Shown: piece by piece, positions 29,422 to 37,185 of the stretch | Layout: each line of letters starts with the position of its first letter | Numbering within the stretch: the stretch's first letter is position 1 | Virus record (IMG/VR): IMGVR_UViG_3300030116_000231 | Location: 1 to 53,199 of that record | Source of the DNA: a virus | Taxonomy: Duplodnaviria; Caudoviricetes | Length of the DNA: 53,199 bases | Reading direction: 5' to 3' (one strand) | Position numbers and translations under genes: made by a program | The notes under the pieces: generated by a model | What the model was told of the DNA's origin: nothing | Seen by the model: the letters and a program-made list of their open reading frames with translations, nothing else | Database searches by the model: none

Positions 29422-30429
29422 TTATGCAGTGACTATGCGACCTTCTCGCTGTGCAGCGAAAATGTCACGCTCGATTCGGCCACGCTCCTCCTCACGACCT
29501 TTGTACTTACCCTTACGAACATTTGCAAAAAACTGCTCGATGTCTGCAGGTGAATACGTCTGGCCTTCAGATGGTACAGCATTGCTGGCAGAACGACCTC
29601 GTCCTGGCGCAACTTGCTTTTCCAACTCTTCAGAAGAAGCCTTCCGATTGGTTTGAGCAACTGGCACACTATTCGCCCCTGGCCACGAATTAAAGAACTG
29701 CGCGACACGATTAGCATCTAGATTATTCTGTGCATCCTCTAGATAAACTTGCCGCGAAATACCTGTAAGGGGGTCAATCTCTAGCAACCAAGACTGAAAG
29801 TCTTCGTTACCGTTGATCTCATTCCATTGAGGTACTTTACTTGAAAGCTCGGCCCAAAACGACTGCTCGCTACTCTGTGCTTGCCTCTGCGATATTTGGT
29901 TTACCTGTGGTACCACGCTGGCTTGCAACTGGCGTACTGTCTGCTCTAAACTAGCTACACGAGCATTGGCCGCAGCCACTTCCTCTTTTGCAGCACGCCG
30001 CATAACACCAATAGAATCGCCGTACTCTTCGACATCCTTATCTGTGATCAGCGGTTCGCTATCTACAGCAGGCATCTCTTGAGGGGCGGACATTGTGCTA
30101 AGCAACTGTTCCATGTTAGAGACACGGGATTGTAACTCACGATTTTCCGCCTTCATACGCGGAACTTCTGCGTTATACATTCCCTGCAGTGTTTTGTACT
30201 TTTGTTCCCAAGTGTCTTTAGTCTTGGTGTCTGGTTGTCCGTGCTCTTCGGTTCCAGACTGGGGTGCTTCGTTCTCAGCACTGTCGGAATCAACCTCTTG
30301 TACAGGCTCCTCAACAACTTCCTCTGGAGCCTCAGTGATTTGATCCTGTGCTTCAGATTCGCCGTTTAGTTCTTTGTACAGTTGCTGTACTTCCTCAGAT
30401 TGCATTTGAACTTGCTTTGGTATTGCCAT
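29422..30429 (-). CDS. Scaffolding protein
   Basis: Acidic N-terminus, WEQKYKTLQG coiled coil, AQREGRI C-terminus; precedes MCP. Confidence 0.8.
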   Translation of the reverse strand: MAIPKQVQMQSEEVQQLYKELNGESEAQDQITEAPEEVVEEPVQEVDSDSAENEAPQSGTEEHGQPDTKTKDTWEQKYKTLQGMYNAEVPRMKAENRELQSRVSNMEQLLSTMSAPQEMPAVDSEPLITDKDVEEYGDSIGVMRRAAKEEVAAANARVASLEQTVRQLQASVVPQVNQISQRQAQSSEQSFWAELSSKVPQWNEINGNEDFQSWLLEIDPLTGISRQVYLEDAQNNLDANRVAQFFNSWPGANSVPVAQTNRKASSEELEKQVAPGRGRSASNAVPSEGQTYSPADIEQFFANVRKGKYKGREEERGRIERDIFAAQREGRIVTA

Positions 30430-30466
30430 GTTGGACGCTCCTATCGGTGTGCGTAATTAACAGCTG

Positions 30467-30685
30467 TCATGATGACTTTGCCGCTATCTCAGGGGACTCA
30501 CTCACGAACTTCGAAAGTTCAGTCAGAATCTGACACCGCCCCTGTGCAAGTGCCGTATTCTGTGCAACATTGGGTAGCTGCTCTAGCTCGTGCATCCGCC
30601 ATTCCGCAAACCATTCGGCTATTACCGGATATTGACGGACACTTGCGGCTAACGCCTTAGTAACTTCAGGAGTAGGTCGAATCAT
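30467..30685 (-). CDS. Small protein between portal and scaffold
   Basis: 72 aa; ATGA-coupled; AQGRCQIL motif. Confidence 0.7.
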   Translation of the reverse strand: MIRPTPEVTKALAASVRQYPVIAEWFAEWRMHELEQLPNVAQNTALAQGRCQILTELSKFVSESPEIAAKSS

Positions 30686-32733
30686 CCGGCTGCTCCTGTG
30701 TCGCGGTTACTAACTGTGTTCGCATCTTGCCCGCCTTTGGGGGTACCGTCAGGCTGTACCGGTGTGCCCTCGCCGCCTGCTGCTTGTTCTGCTTTTTTAG
30801 CTTCAAGCTGCATTTTAGCTGACATACGCGTCATATAGCCTTCCTTCTCCCTAGATGGGATGATGTCGTCCACAGGCATCTGCAACCCTTTAGCCACTTC
30901 ACGAAGAATCGCTGCACGGCCTTCTTTACCAACGATCTCCATGTCGATCTGATTGGCGGTTGCGTTAAGAAACTCAAGACGGCGAATGTTAACAGTCTCT
31001 TTGACTGCAAGGTTGATCGAGCCTTTCGGCAAGATCTCAACATCGCCTTTAATAGATTCGTCTTCGTCATAGCGCATATTGTATATGAACTGACGGTGTA
31101 CAACTGGTTTTATCACATCGCTGTCGATATGCATAACCACTTGCCTAATACCTTTACCGGCTGCGCCCATAAGCATGGACAGCCCTGAAGATGTACGCCC
31201 TGCACCTTTTACATTCAGGTCGCCATACACATAAGAAGGTATTCCTGAATGATCATCTGCTAGTTTACTAAACTTATCATACACACCAAGTAGTGTGTTT
31301 GCGTTGTCGTCAGGTTGTGTAAACCTTACAGCAGGTGCGCTTGAACCTAGCGGGTCGTTCGTGACTTGCCAGATTTTCCACGGGTGGAGCTGCGTGATGT
31401 CTTCGTTTGGCGGGATCCTTTCGAGGTTGACTTCGACTTGGGGGCCGGAGGAGATCCCCATATTGTTGACCAAAGCCCTCGCGGCAGCGTTACAAACGCT
31501 TTGAATATCTTCAATAATTTCTGGAATACCGCTACCCCAGAACGCGCCAGGGCGTTTGATGAAAGAAGTTTTAGCATAAGGTTTCTCCCCTAATGGATCA
31601 TAGTTAAGGATAGCCTTGATAACATAGTCGCCCACGATCCAGACGTTTGCGTCATACTCGCGGTGCTCATCGTCTATTTCTTCTTCATCAAGACCCCACT
31701 CAATAAGCATCTTGCCTGTAACTTTACCCCAGAACTCTAGGGCATCGAAAGTCTCAGTAGGTCTATTAAACGAATGGAACTTACGTTCTTCTTCGTCTTT
31801 AACCAACTCTACATCCTCGTTAATCCACGACTGTCCGTTTCCATATTCTAATACTTTACGGATAGCGTCATCATCGTACCCTGGCACGCCAACAAGGTCG
31901 GCCAGTTCGGTACGACTTAGGGGATGGTGTTCAAATATATAGCCTTCGTTAATATTTGAAATTCCTGGCTCTGGGTAGATTCTAAAAGGGTCTACTCTCT
32001 CGAACTCAGGAGCGATAGTCTCTGTTGCCTCTACAATAGTCTTACCATCTGCGCCTCTAGTCCAGCCGAGCTTACGCTGCCTGCGAACTACTGGCCCTTT
32101 GATAAAAGCACATGGGTAAGTAACTAAATCAGTAATAAATTCATTAAACGAATCACCCCAGCCGCCCTGTGCAAACTGGTCTGAAATCTTTATTTTCATC
32201 TTTTGTGCACGGTTATCTGCAGCTTCTAGCAGCTTAAACCTGTACTGCTGGGCCACCATTTCTTTTAGCTCGACCATTTCATCAGCTGATGGCGCACGAT
32301 CTTCGTTTTCAACAATACGAGTAACTACAGCAGCAAACGCATTTTGTAGTTCTGCAGTTTGTTCGGGCGATAGATCTGGGATGGGGGTGGGGTTTAGATC
32401 CCAAGGAGGGGTGCCTGTATCTAGTAGAATATCGCGCAGCCAGCTTTCTGCTGCTCGACATTTAACCTCAGTAATCATCATATAGATGTCTGAGCCGCCC
32501 TGTTCGTGAATCTGTGCTAGCTTATCTGCTTCGTACTCGCCGTTACGCTGGCGCAAACCGCGTAACATAATGTTTTCAATAGGCTTCTTAGCTTGGCGTG
32601 CAGCATCCCAGCACTCACGCAAATGCGAAGCAAGACCCAAAACAACAGGATTAGCTTGGCGTTCGGCCAATTCCTTGTCGATCATTTCTTGTTCGCGCTT
32701 ACGAAGTTCTGAATTACTTACGACATTAAGCAT
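30682..32733 (-). CDS. Portal protein
   Basis: 683 aa; FERVDPFRIYPEP, FWGSGIPE and RTSSGLSMLM motifs; between TerL and scaffold. Confidence 0.88.
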   Translation of the reverse strand: MLNVVSNSELRKREQEMIDKELAERQANPVVLGLASHLRECWDAARQAKKPIENIMLRGLRQRNGEYEADKLAQIHEQGGSDIYMMITEVKCRAAESWLRDILLDTGTPPWDLNPTPIPDLSPEQTAELQNAFAAVVTRIVENEDRAPSADEMVELKEMVAQQYRFKLLEAADNRAQKMKIKISDQFAQGGWGDSFNEFITDLVTYPCAFIKGPVVRRQRKLGWTRGADGKTIVEATETIAPEFERVDPFRIYPEPGISNINEGYIFEHHPLSRTELADLVGVPGYDDDAIRKVLEYGNGQSWINEDVELVKDEEERKFHSFNRPTETFDALEFWGKVTGKMLIEWGLDEEEIDDEHREYDANVWIVGDYVIKAILNYDPLGEKPYAKTSFIKRPGAFWGSGIPEIIEDIQSVCNAAARALVNNMGISSGPQVEVNLERIPPNEDITQLHPWKIWQVTNDPLGSSAPAVRFTQPDDNANTLLGVYDKFSKLADDHSGIPSYVYGDLNVKGAGRTSSGLSMLMGAAGKGIRQVVMHIDSDVIKPVVHRQFIYNMRYDEDESIKGDVEILPKGSINLAVKETVNIRRLEFLNATANQIDMEIVGKEGRAAILREVAKGLQMPVDDIIPSREKEGYMTRMSAKMQLEAKKAEQAAGGEGTPVQPDGTPKGGQDANTVSNRDTGAAG

Positions 32734-32927
32734 TAAGAATACTCCTCTTCATCCCGATCTTTGTCTTTCTTTACAGTGTCAGGATCGTTCTTGTTGGTAT
32801 ATACATAACCTCCGCTTCCATATTTGCGAACTTTACGTTCTGCCATACCGCTCGTATCCATCTTTGGATTGTCGGAGTATACAGTGTAAGGTTTACTGCA
32901 ACCGCATGGCATTCCGTTCTTATGCAT
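32733..32927 (-). CDS. 64-aa hypothetical protein with YGSGGYV
   Basis: TAATG-coupled to the portal. Confidence 0.65.
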   Translation of the reverse strand: MHKNGMPCGCSKPYTVYSDNPKMDTSGMAERKVRKYGSGGYVYTNKNDPDTVKKDKDRDEEEYS

Positions 32928-32929
32928 AC

Positions 32930-33220
32930 TTAGACCTTCCGCTTTGGTACTAAACCGCCGTGTTTATACTTTGCAGCCAAGTCAGGATTCATACTTTGTT
33001 GAACCTTTTCAGGTAGTTTAGAGAAACCTTTATACTTGTCTGGTACAACTCCGCCGTCTTTGTATTTTGGAATAATACCGCCCATACCCATCTTTTTACC
33101 CTTGGGTGCTTCTTTCCTAGGGTCAAAGCCTTTTGATAGAAAAAACTGCATTAGACTCATACTATCAGAGGCTGGGCCATCAAAATACTCTGCGCGTAAT
33201 TCTTTTTCTCTATCGGTCAT
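32930..33220 (-). CDS. 96-aa basic protein with three [YM]xxGG motifs
   Basis: MGMGGII, YKDGGVV, YKHGGLV; first gene after the late promoter. Confidence 0.7.
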   Translation of the reverse strand: MTDREKELRAEYFDGPASDSMSLMQFFLSKGFDPRKEAPKGKKMGMGGIIPKYKDGGVVPDKYKGFSKLPEKVQQSMNPDLAAKYKHGGLVPKRKV

Positions 33221-33263
33221 ATGGCAACTCGCTTTCTTTACACACCTATAGTGTACACTTTAA

Positions 33264-33292
33264 GTTATACATGGCAACAAGTTTCAACGCAA
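33264..33292 (-). promoter_or_regulatory. Sigma70-type promoter for the head operon
   Basis: TTGCGT-17 nt-TATAAC on the minus strand, just after the terL terminator. Confidence 0.65.
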
Positions 33293-33294
33293 GT

Positions 33295-33335
33295 AAAAGA
33301 AATAACCCCCTGCAGGGGCAATCTGCAGAGGGTTA
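33295..33335 (-). terminator. Intrinsic terminator after terL
   Basis: TAACCCTCTGCAG-ATTGCCC-CTGCAGGGGGTTA-TTTCTTTT. Confidence 0.75.
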
Positions 33336-33377
33336 GTGAGGTAACTATGAAGGTGTCGAGATGACATGTAAACTCTA
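33295..33377 (-). ncRNA. Candidate terL 3'UTR-derived antisense RNA against early-gene translation starts
   Basis: Contains UUCAUAGUUACCUC (33351-33338), the perfect complement of 39419-39432, just 5' of a terminator hairpin. Confidence 0.35.
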
Positions 33378-34763
33378 TCAAGTCCAACCTGCTGCTGCAA
33401 CTCTTTTGACATCTCGTCTTACAGGTATCACTGAGCCTTCACCTGCAGTAGATACATGCAACATGAAGTATTGTAAAGCTTCAGCTATGTGTGAGTGTTT
33501 ATTTTTATCTATTGTGCCATTTTTGTGGTGAAACCTGTAGCCACCCATCATAGCAGCTTTTAACTGCGAGCATTTAGGATCTACAAGAAACGCGCTGTCA
33601 CCGTCAACATGTCGCATCAAGAAGTCATCCACCGCAGACAAACGTGCTGACACGTTGTTTGTCTTGGCTGATATAACTCTAAAACCTTCAGCCTTGATGA
33701 TGTCAACTGCCGAGCGTTCGTCTGTTTGCGCCCGCTGTACGCCAGCTGGATCAGTCACGATCAGTATGGGCGCTCCGCCAAAGCGTTCATAGATAATAGG
33801 TTTGAGAATGGTGCGGACGAATCTCTGTATTCCCATGTCGAAGGACACTGCCTCATCGAGAACCAAGACTCGCCCGCGAGGGTCTTGTTGCCCTATAACT
33901 GCGGCTGGTGTCAAGCCCAAATCCATGCCAACAACGACAGGGCGCACACCATTAAGAATAGGCTGCAAAGTTTCATCGGCCATGTGATAGTCTGGCCTGA
34001 AATACTTGTAGACCGGTTGTCCTGCTGAGCTGAGTCCGTATTCTCCGTCAATGAATACTCTGATATATTCTTCGCTACGTCCTTGGGTGTCATAATATCC
34101 ATCTGGCAAATTCTCCACATTTTCGGCATGGATGCTTCGCCCAGACGGCTGTTTGAATACATCCCACCCGTTATCATTGATACTGACCCCGTCTTTAGGG
34201 TCTAGCTTTTCCATCTGATAATACCACCAAGTATCCATAGTCGGGGGGTTAGTGTCACCCCACATACCATGCCATGTCGGCCCGCCATCCTTCTTCGAAG
34301 GAAAACGTCCGATACGTTTAGACATAGCGTCTACGATCTCGGCGTTAATATCTCTGCACTCGTTAAACCATGCAAACGTAAGCTCTAGTGAGTTCAAGTT
34401 TGCTACATCGTCTGCGTCATCGAGCGCACGAAACATAATCTCGCACTCAACATCACCGACTTTGAAAAAATATGTCTTGGTTGTACGCATGAACTGACCA
34501 CACGGGCCAGGTGGAAACCAATCAAGAAACGTTTTAATTGTAGTATCCGTCAGCTGACGTACAGTTTCACGCACGACAGCACACCGCGATTTGCGTATGC
34601 CTTGCTCGTTTGGCTCCTGTGAACTAGCCCGACGAACAATTTCAAAACAACTAGCGACAGACTTACCAGACCCAACTGGCCCCATAAGCACCCGCATCTT
34701 AGCATCCGACTGCATAAACTTCGCCGCAGTCAAAGACGGTGTAAAGTCAATATCGAGAGGCAC
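33378..34763 (-). CDS. terL: Terminase large subunit
   Basis: Walker A GPVGSGKS, Walker B AWFNEC, GDTNPP, nuclease GMDLG; likely GTG start at 34763 after GGAGG. Confidence 0.93.
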   Translation of the reverse strand: MPLDIDFTPSLTAAKFMQSDAKMRVLMGPVGSGKSVASCFEIVRRASSQEPNEQGIRKSRCAVVRETVRQLTDTTIKTFLDWFPPGPCGQFMRTTKTYFFKVGDVECEIMFRALDDADDVANLNSLELTFAWFNECRDINAEIVDAMSKRIGRFPSKKDGGPTWHGMWGDTNPPTMDTWWYYQMEKLDPKDGVSINDNGWDVFKQPSGRSIHAENVENLPDGYYDTQGRSEEYIRVFIDGEYGLSSAGQPVYKYFRPDYHMADETLQPILNGVRPVVVGMDLGLTPAAVIGQQDPRGRVLVLDEAVSFDMGIQRFVRTILKPIIYERFGGAPILIVTDPAGVQRAQTDERSAVDIIKAEGFRVISAKTNNVSARLSAVDDFLMRHVDGDSAFLVDPKCSQLKAAMMGGYRFHHKNGTIDKNKHSHIAEALQYFMLHVSTAGEGSVIPVRRDVKRVAAAGWT

Positions 34764-34947
34764 TCTCGTCTTCCTCCAATCTATCCATTGCTTTTGCAAG
34801 CTCGTCTGCCGTCATGTCAAGTATAGACTTTTGCTCCCACGGCATAGACGGTAGTGTTATATCCTTCTTCTTTTCTTCTACTGACTGGCGTTTATACGCT
34901 AGCCACTCTCGTTCCTGTGCTGTCCAACGCTTACTCATCCTGGCCAC
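34747..34947 (-). CDS. 66-aa hypothetical protein
   Basis: Overlap-coupled between the Zn-ribbon gene and terL. Confidence 0.6.
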   Translation of the reverse strand: MARMSKRWTAQEREWLAYKRQSVEEKKKDITLPSMPWEQKSILDMTADELAKAMDRLEEDESASRY

Positions 34948-35219
34948 CCCATCTTATTAGACAAGTCTGTATACTCATCCAACCAAGTTATATCCCCACA
35001 GGTCTTACACCAGTTGTGTTCTATAGTACTCATGCCACAGTGCGGACATTTCTGCACCTCATCTATGGCAAGCAGACGATCAGGATCATCGAGGAGTACT
35101 ATTGCGTAAGGATTAGACAATGTCTTTTTTCTCCTAATCGTCTGCTTGTATCGCACGTTCAGTTGCGTGAGAACTCTCGCGCACCGCTCGCACTCATCCA
35201 GCGTCGAGAAGGTGGCCAT
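34935..35219 (-). CDS. Zn-ribbon protein (CPHC...CKTC)
   Basis: Likely start MATFST at 35219, overlapping the terS end. Confidence 0.6.
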   Translation of the reverse strand: MATFSTLDECERCARVLTQLNVRYKQTIRRKKTLSNPYAIVLLDDPDRLLAIDEVQKCPHCGMSTIEHNWCKTCGDITWLDEYTDLSNKMGWPG

Positions 35220-35700
35220 CTTCTGCCCCTTGTACCTCTCCGTGAATCTCGTCAATAGGTTCGTGATCAATAACACTCGCTGTGTGGTCTTGACCTCCGA
35301 GGTTAATTGTAATTTTAACTCCGCCACCTGCTGCCTCCGTGTTGACCTCGTTCTTTGGTTCTAGGCCACCCCACTTCACTGTTGATTTAATCAGGTCTGC
35401 TTTTACAGCCGCAGAAACATCTGGGCTGTGGATTAAAGTCCAACTTGTTGTCAGGAGTTCTTCTGCCTGTGCACGGGCCTTGAGTTTGAATGTCATACCT
35501 TTTTCACGAACTTCTTCGCGGTACGACTCGACCTTCTTCAAAAACACAGGGTCTTTGTTAAATATCAAAAGATTACTGGCGTCTACGTTGTGCCTGTCTT
35601 TAACTTCATCCAAAGTCTCGCCACTGCCCTCGAGCATCAAAGCCATATCGAAAGCTAGGCGGTCTGACCATTTAGTATGTTTTAACGGTAGTGTGTCCAT
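35194..35700 (-). CDS. terS: Terminase small subunit (putative)
   Basis: 168 aa, first late-arm gene; helical core and GGGVKITINLG C-terminal strand. Confidence 0.7.
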   Translation of the reverse strand: MDTLPLKHTKWSDRLAFDMALMLEGSGETLDEVKDRHNVDASNLLIFNKDPVFLKKVESYREEVREKGMTFKLKARAQAEELLTTSWTLIHSPDVSAAVKADLIKSTVKWGGLEPKNEVNTEAAGGGVKITINLGGQDHTASVIDHEPIDEIHGEVQGAEDGHLLDAG

Positions 35701-35706
35701 AATGAG

Positions 35707-35736
35707 AATGTAGTTCGTAAGTTACGGGGCTGTCAA
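35707..35736 (-). promoter_or_regulatory. Sigma70-type promoter giving a probably leaderless terS mRNA
   Basis: TTGACA-18 nt-TACATT-6 nt-ATG; no SD sequence; CGTAA-C-TTACG palindrome in the spacer. Confidence 0.55.
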
Positions 35737-35956
35737 GAAACTTTCAAAACTTTACATCTTCGTTTTTTGGGGTCTTGTTATGTGAGGTTTACTTATATGG
35801 GGGTGGGGGGTGCAACGCAAATCCATGTGTACCCCCCTCAAGGTGTTCGTATGCGCTCGCGCAAAGTGTCAGCATAGCAAGGCAAAAGCCCTAGTAAATC
35901 ATGCTAACTTGACATTTATGTATAGTTATGGCTGTATGTAGATGTCGCTGATGAAC

Positions 35957-36011
35957 GGCGGCAGGCGGAAGCGGGGCTTCCCACACCCGCCACGCTATTT
36001 GACATTGTGGG
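35957..36011 (+). promoter_or_regulatory. rrn-like antitermination leader (GC hairpin, boxA-like GCTATTTGACA, TGTGGG)
   Basis: GGCGG...CCGCC stem, then GCTATTTGACATTGTGGG upstream of the first early gene; TTGACA at 35909 upstream has only a weak -10. Confidence 0.45.
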
Positions 36012-36027
36012 TATATAGGAGAGTGTT

Positions 36028-36390
36028 ATGAATACACGTTCTTTTGAGGGTCGCTTCAACGTTCGTCTGAACAAAGAAGCAGGTGTTATCAGCCTAGCCA
36101 AGGCAGTCGACGGCAAATATGGTGCCGAACACGCCGAGGATGTTGCTAAACTGGTGGTCGAAGCCGCCAAAAAGCACAAGGCAAGCCTCGACCGCTGGAG
36201 CTTTTACATCAAGGGCGTCAGCCAAAATCTTGGGGAATCCAAGACAATGGCGGCAACCGAGATCGCAAAAGCGATGAAGGCGGGACACAAGCCAGTCATC
36301 AAAGCTGGCAAGTGGGGCAAGCCAAGGTTGGATCTGGTCAACCCAGATGCACCGTCCACAAAGACTAACGACAACATCGTTACTCTTTAA
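36028..36390 (+). CDS. Early protein, paralog 1 (AGKWGKP...DNIVTL)
   Basis: AGGAG RBS; about 37% identical by eye to 37186-37551. Confidence 0.85.
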   Translation: MNTRSFEGRFNVRLNKEAGVISLAKAVDGKYGAEHAEDVAKLVVEAAKKHKASLDRWSFYIKGVSQNLGESKTMAATEIAKAMKAGHKPVIKAGKWGKPRLDLVNPDAPSTKTNDNIVTL

Positions 36391-36398
36391 CTCAACCA

Positions 36399-36420
36399 GC
36401 TGGGAGCTTCGGCTCCCAGC
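36399..36420 (+). other. Perfect 9-bp UUCG hairpin without a U-tract (stabiliser/processing element)
   Basis: GCTGGGAGC-TTCG-GCTCCCAGC. Confidence 0.7.
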
Positions 36421-36438
36421 AATCAACCGGAGGCAACT

Positions 36439-36603
36439 ATGAAAGTTGAAAAACTAAGACGCTACTGTGTAGATTGGGTTGAGATGGGCACAATATACTT
36501 CAGGTACTACAAAACTGAAGGAGCCGCTAAGAACTACGCTCTGCACCTGATCCACGACATTGGAATACCAAAACATCTGGTCAATGTCATACAGGTCAAA
36601 TAA
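36439..36603 (+). CDS. 54-aa early protein (MKVEKLRRYCVDWVEMG...), not in the ORF track
   Basis: GGAGG RBS; followed by a terminator. Confidence 0.75.
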   Translation: MKVEKLRRYCVDWVEMGTIYFRYYKTEGAAKNYALHLIHDIGIPKHLVNVIQVK

Positions 36604-36610
36604 ACTAACT

Positions 36611-36641
36611 GAGGGGAGTCGCAAGGCTCCTCTCTTTTTTT
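36611..36641 (+). terminator. Intrinsic terminator
   Basis: GAGGGGAGTC-GCAA-GGCTCCTCTC-TTTTTTT. Confidence 0.88.
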
Positions 36642-36714
36642 GTGTCAAGTTTCTATTATTTTGTGTGTGTACCCCCATTGCTCGGGGGGTTTTGGCTCGC
36701 TCTAATGTAATGTT

Positions 36715-37070
36715 TTAGTACTATCTATACTATCTAACACTAAGTTGACACGATATTGGGGGTTTTAGATACCTAAACTATACAATCGCATTACAGTAAG
36801 GCCATAGAAATCAGTATATTACGAGCCATATGTATAGTATTACTATCTAAACTATCTAAATTATATAGTTTTTTTACATATACCCTTTCCTAAACTTAAA
36901 TATCCAGTGATAATACTATTTGCGCGTAGCGCCACATTATTCCGAAATTACTAGATAGTTTAGATACCTTACACTTAACCCCCTGATTATCCTCATCTTC
37001 TCAGTATCTGTTCTCAATAGATACTTTCAATCTGCGCCCCCCTCTCTAGTCTGACTCTATAGATACCTAT
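36715..37070. repeat. Putative replication origin with 9 STATCTA/TAGATAS iterons
   Basis: Non-coding and AT-rich; copies at 36721, 36730, 36843, 36852 (+) and 36766, 36952, 36961, 37018, 37060 (-). Confidence 0.6.
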
Positions 37071-37088
37071 CAAATCTAAAGGTGGGGC

Positions 37089-37122
37089 AAACTTGACAAC
37101 TCGGCTCGGTTGTGTCAAGTTT
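37089..37122. promoter_or_regulatory. Symmetric bidirectional promoter/operator
   Basis: AAACTTGACA-N14-TGTCAAGTTT; reads TTGACA-17-CAAGTT with TGn on both strands. Confidence 0.6.
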
Positions 37123-37185
37123 TGGGTCGGCGTTGTGCCACCCCTCTTAGAGGGTCTTTAAACTTAACACTAACTGGAGGTCACT

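Noticed and set aside
33347-33364. Plus-strand mini-ORF MKVSR with a strong RBS
   Set aside because: Only 5 codons, antisense to the late operon, with no clear promoter; kept only as the alternative explanation for the antisense-seed finding.
968-35713. Many plus-strand ORFs of 60-190 aa within the late arm, and minus-strand ORFs within the early arm
   Set aside because: They are antisense shadows of long genes, with no RBS or recognisable motifs.
35797-35877. Possible 26-aa ORF MGVGGATQIHVYPP... after GAGGT
   Set aside because: It runs through the G/C hairpin and has no coding support; more likely a structural DNA signal.
36715-37070. Possible CRISPR mini-array
   Set aside because: Repeats are only 7-16 bp, in both orientations and irregularly spaced; the Cas4-like gene belongs to the replication module.
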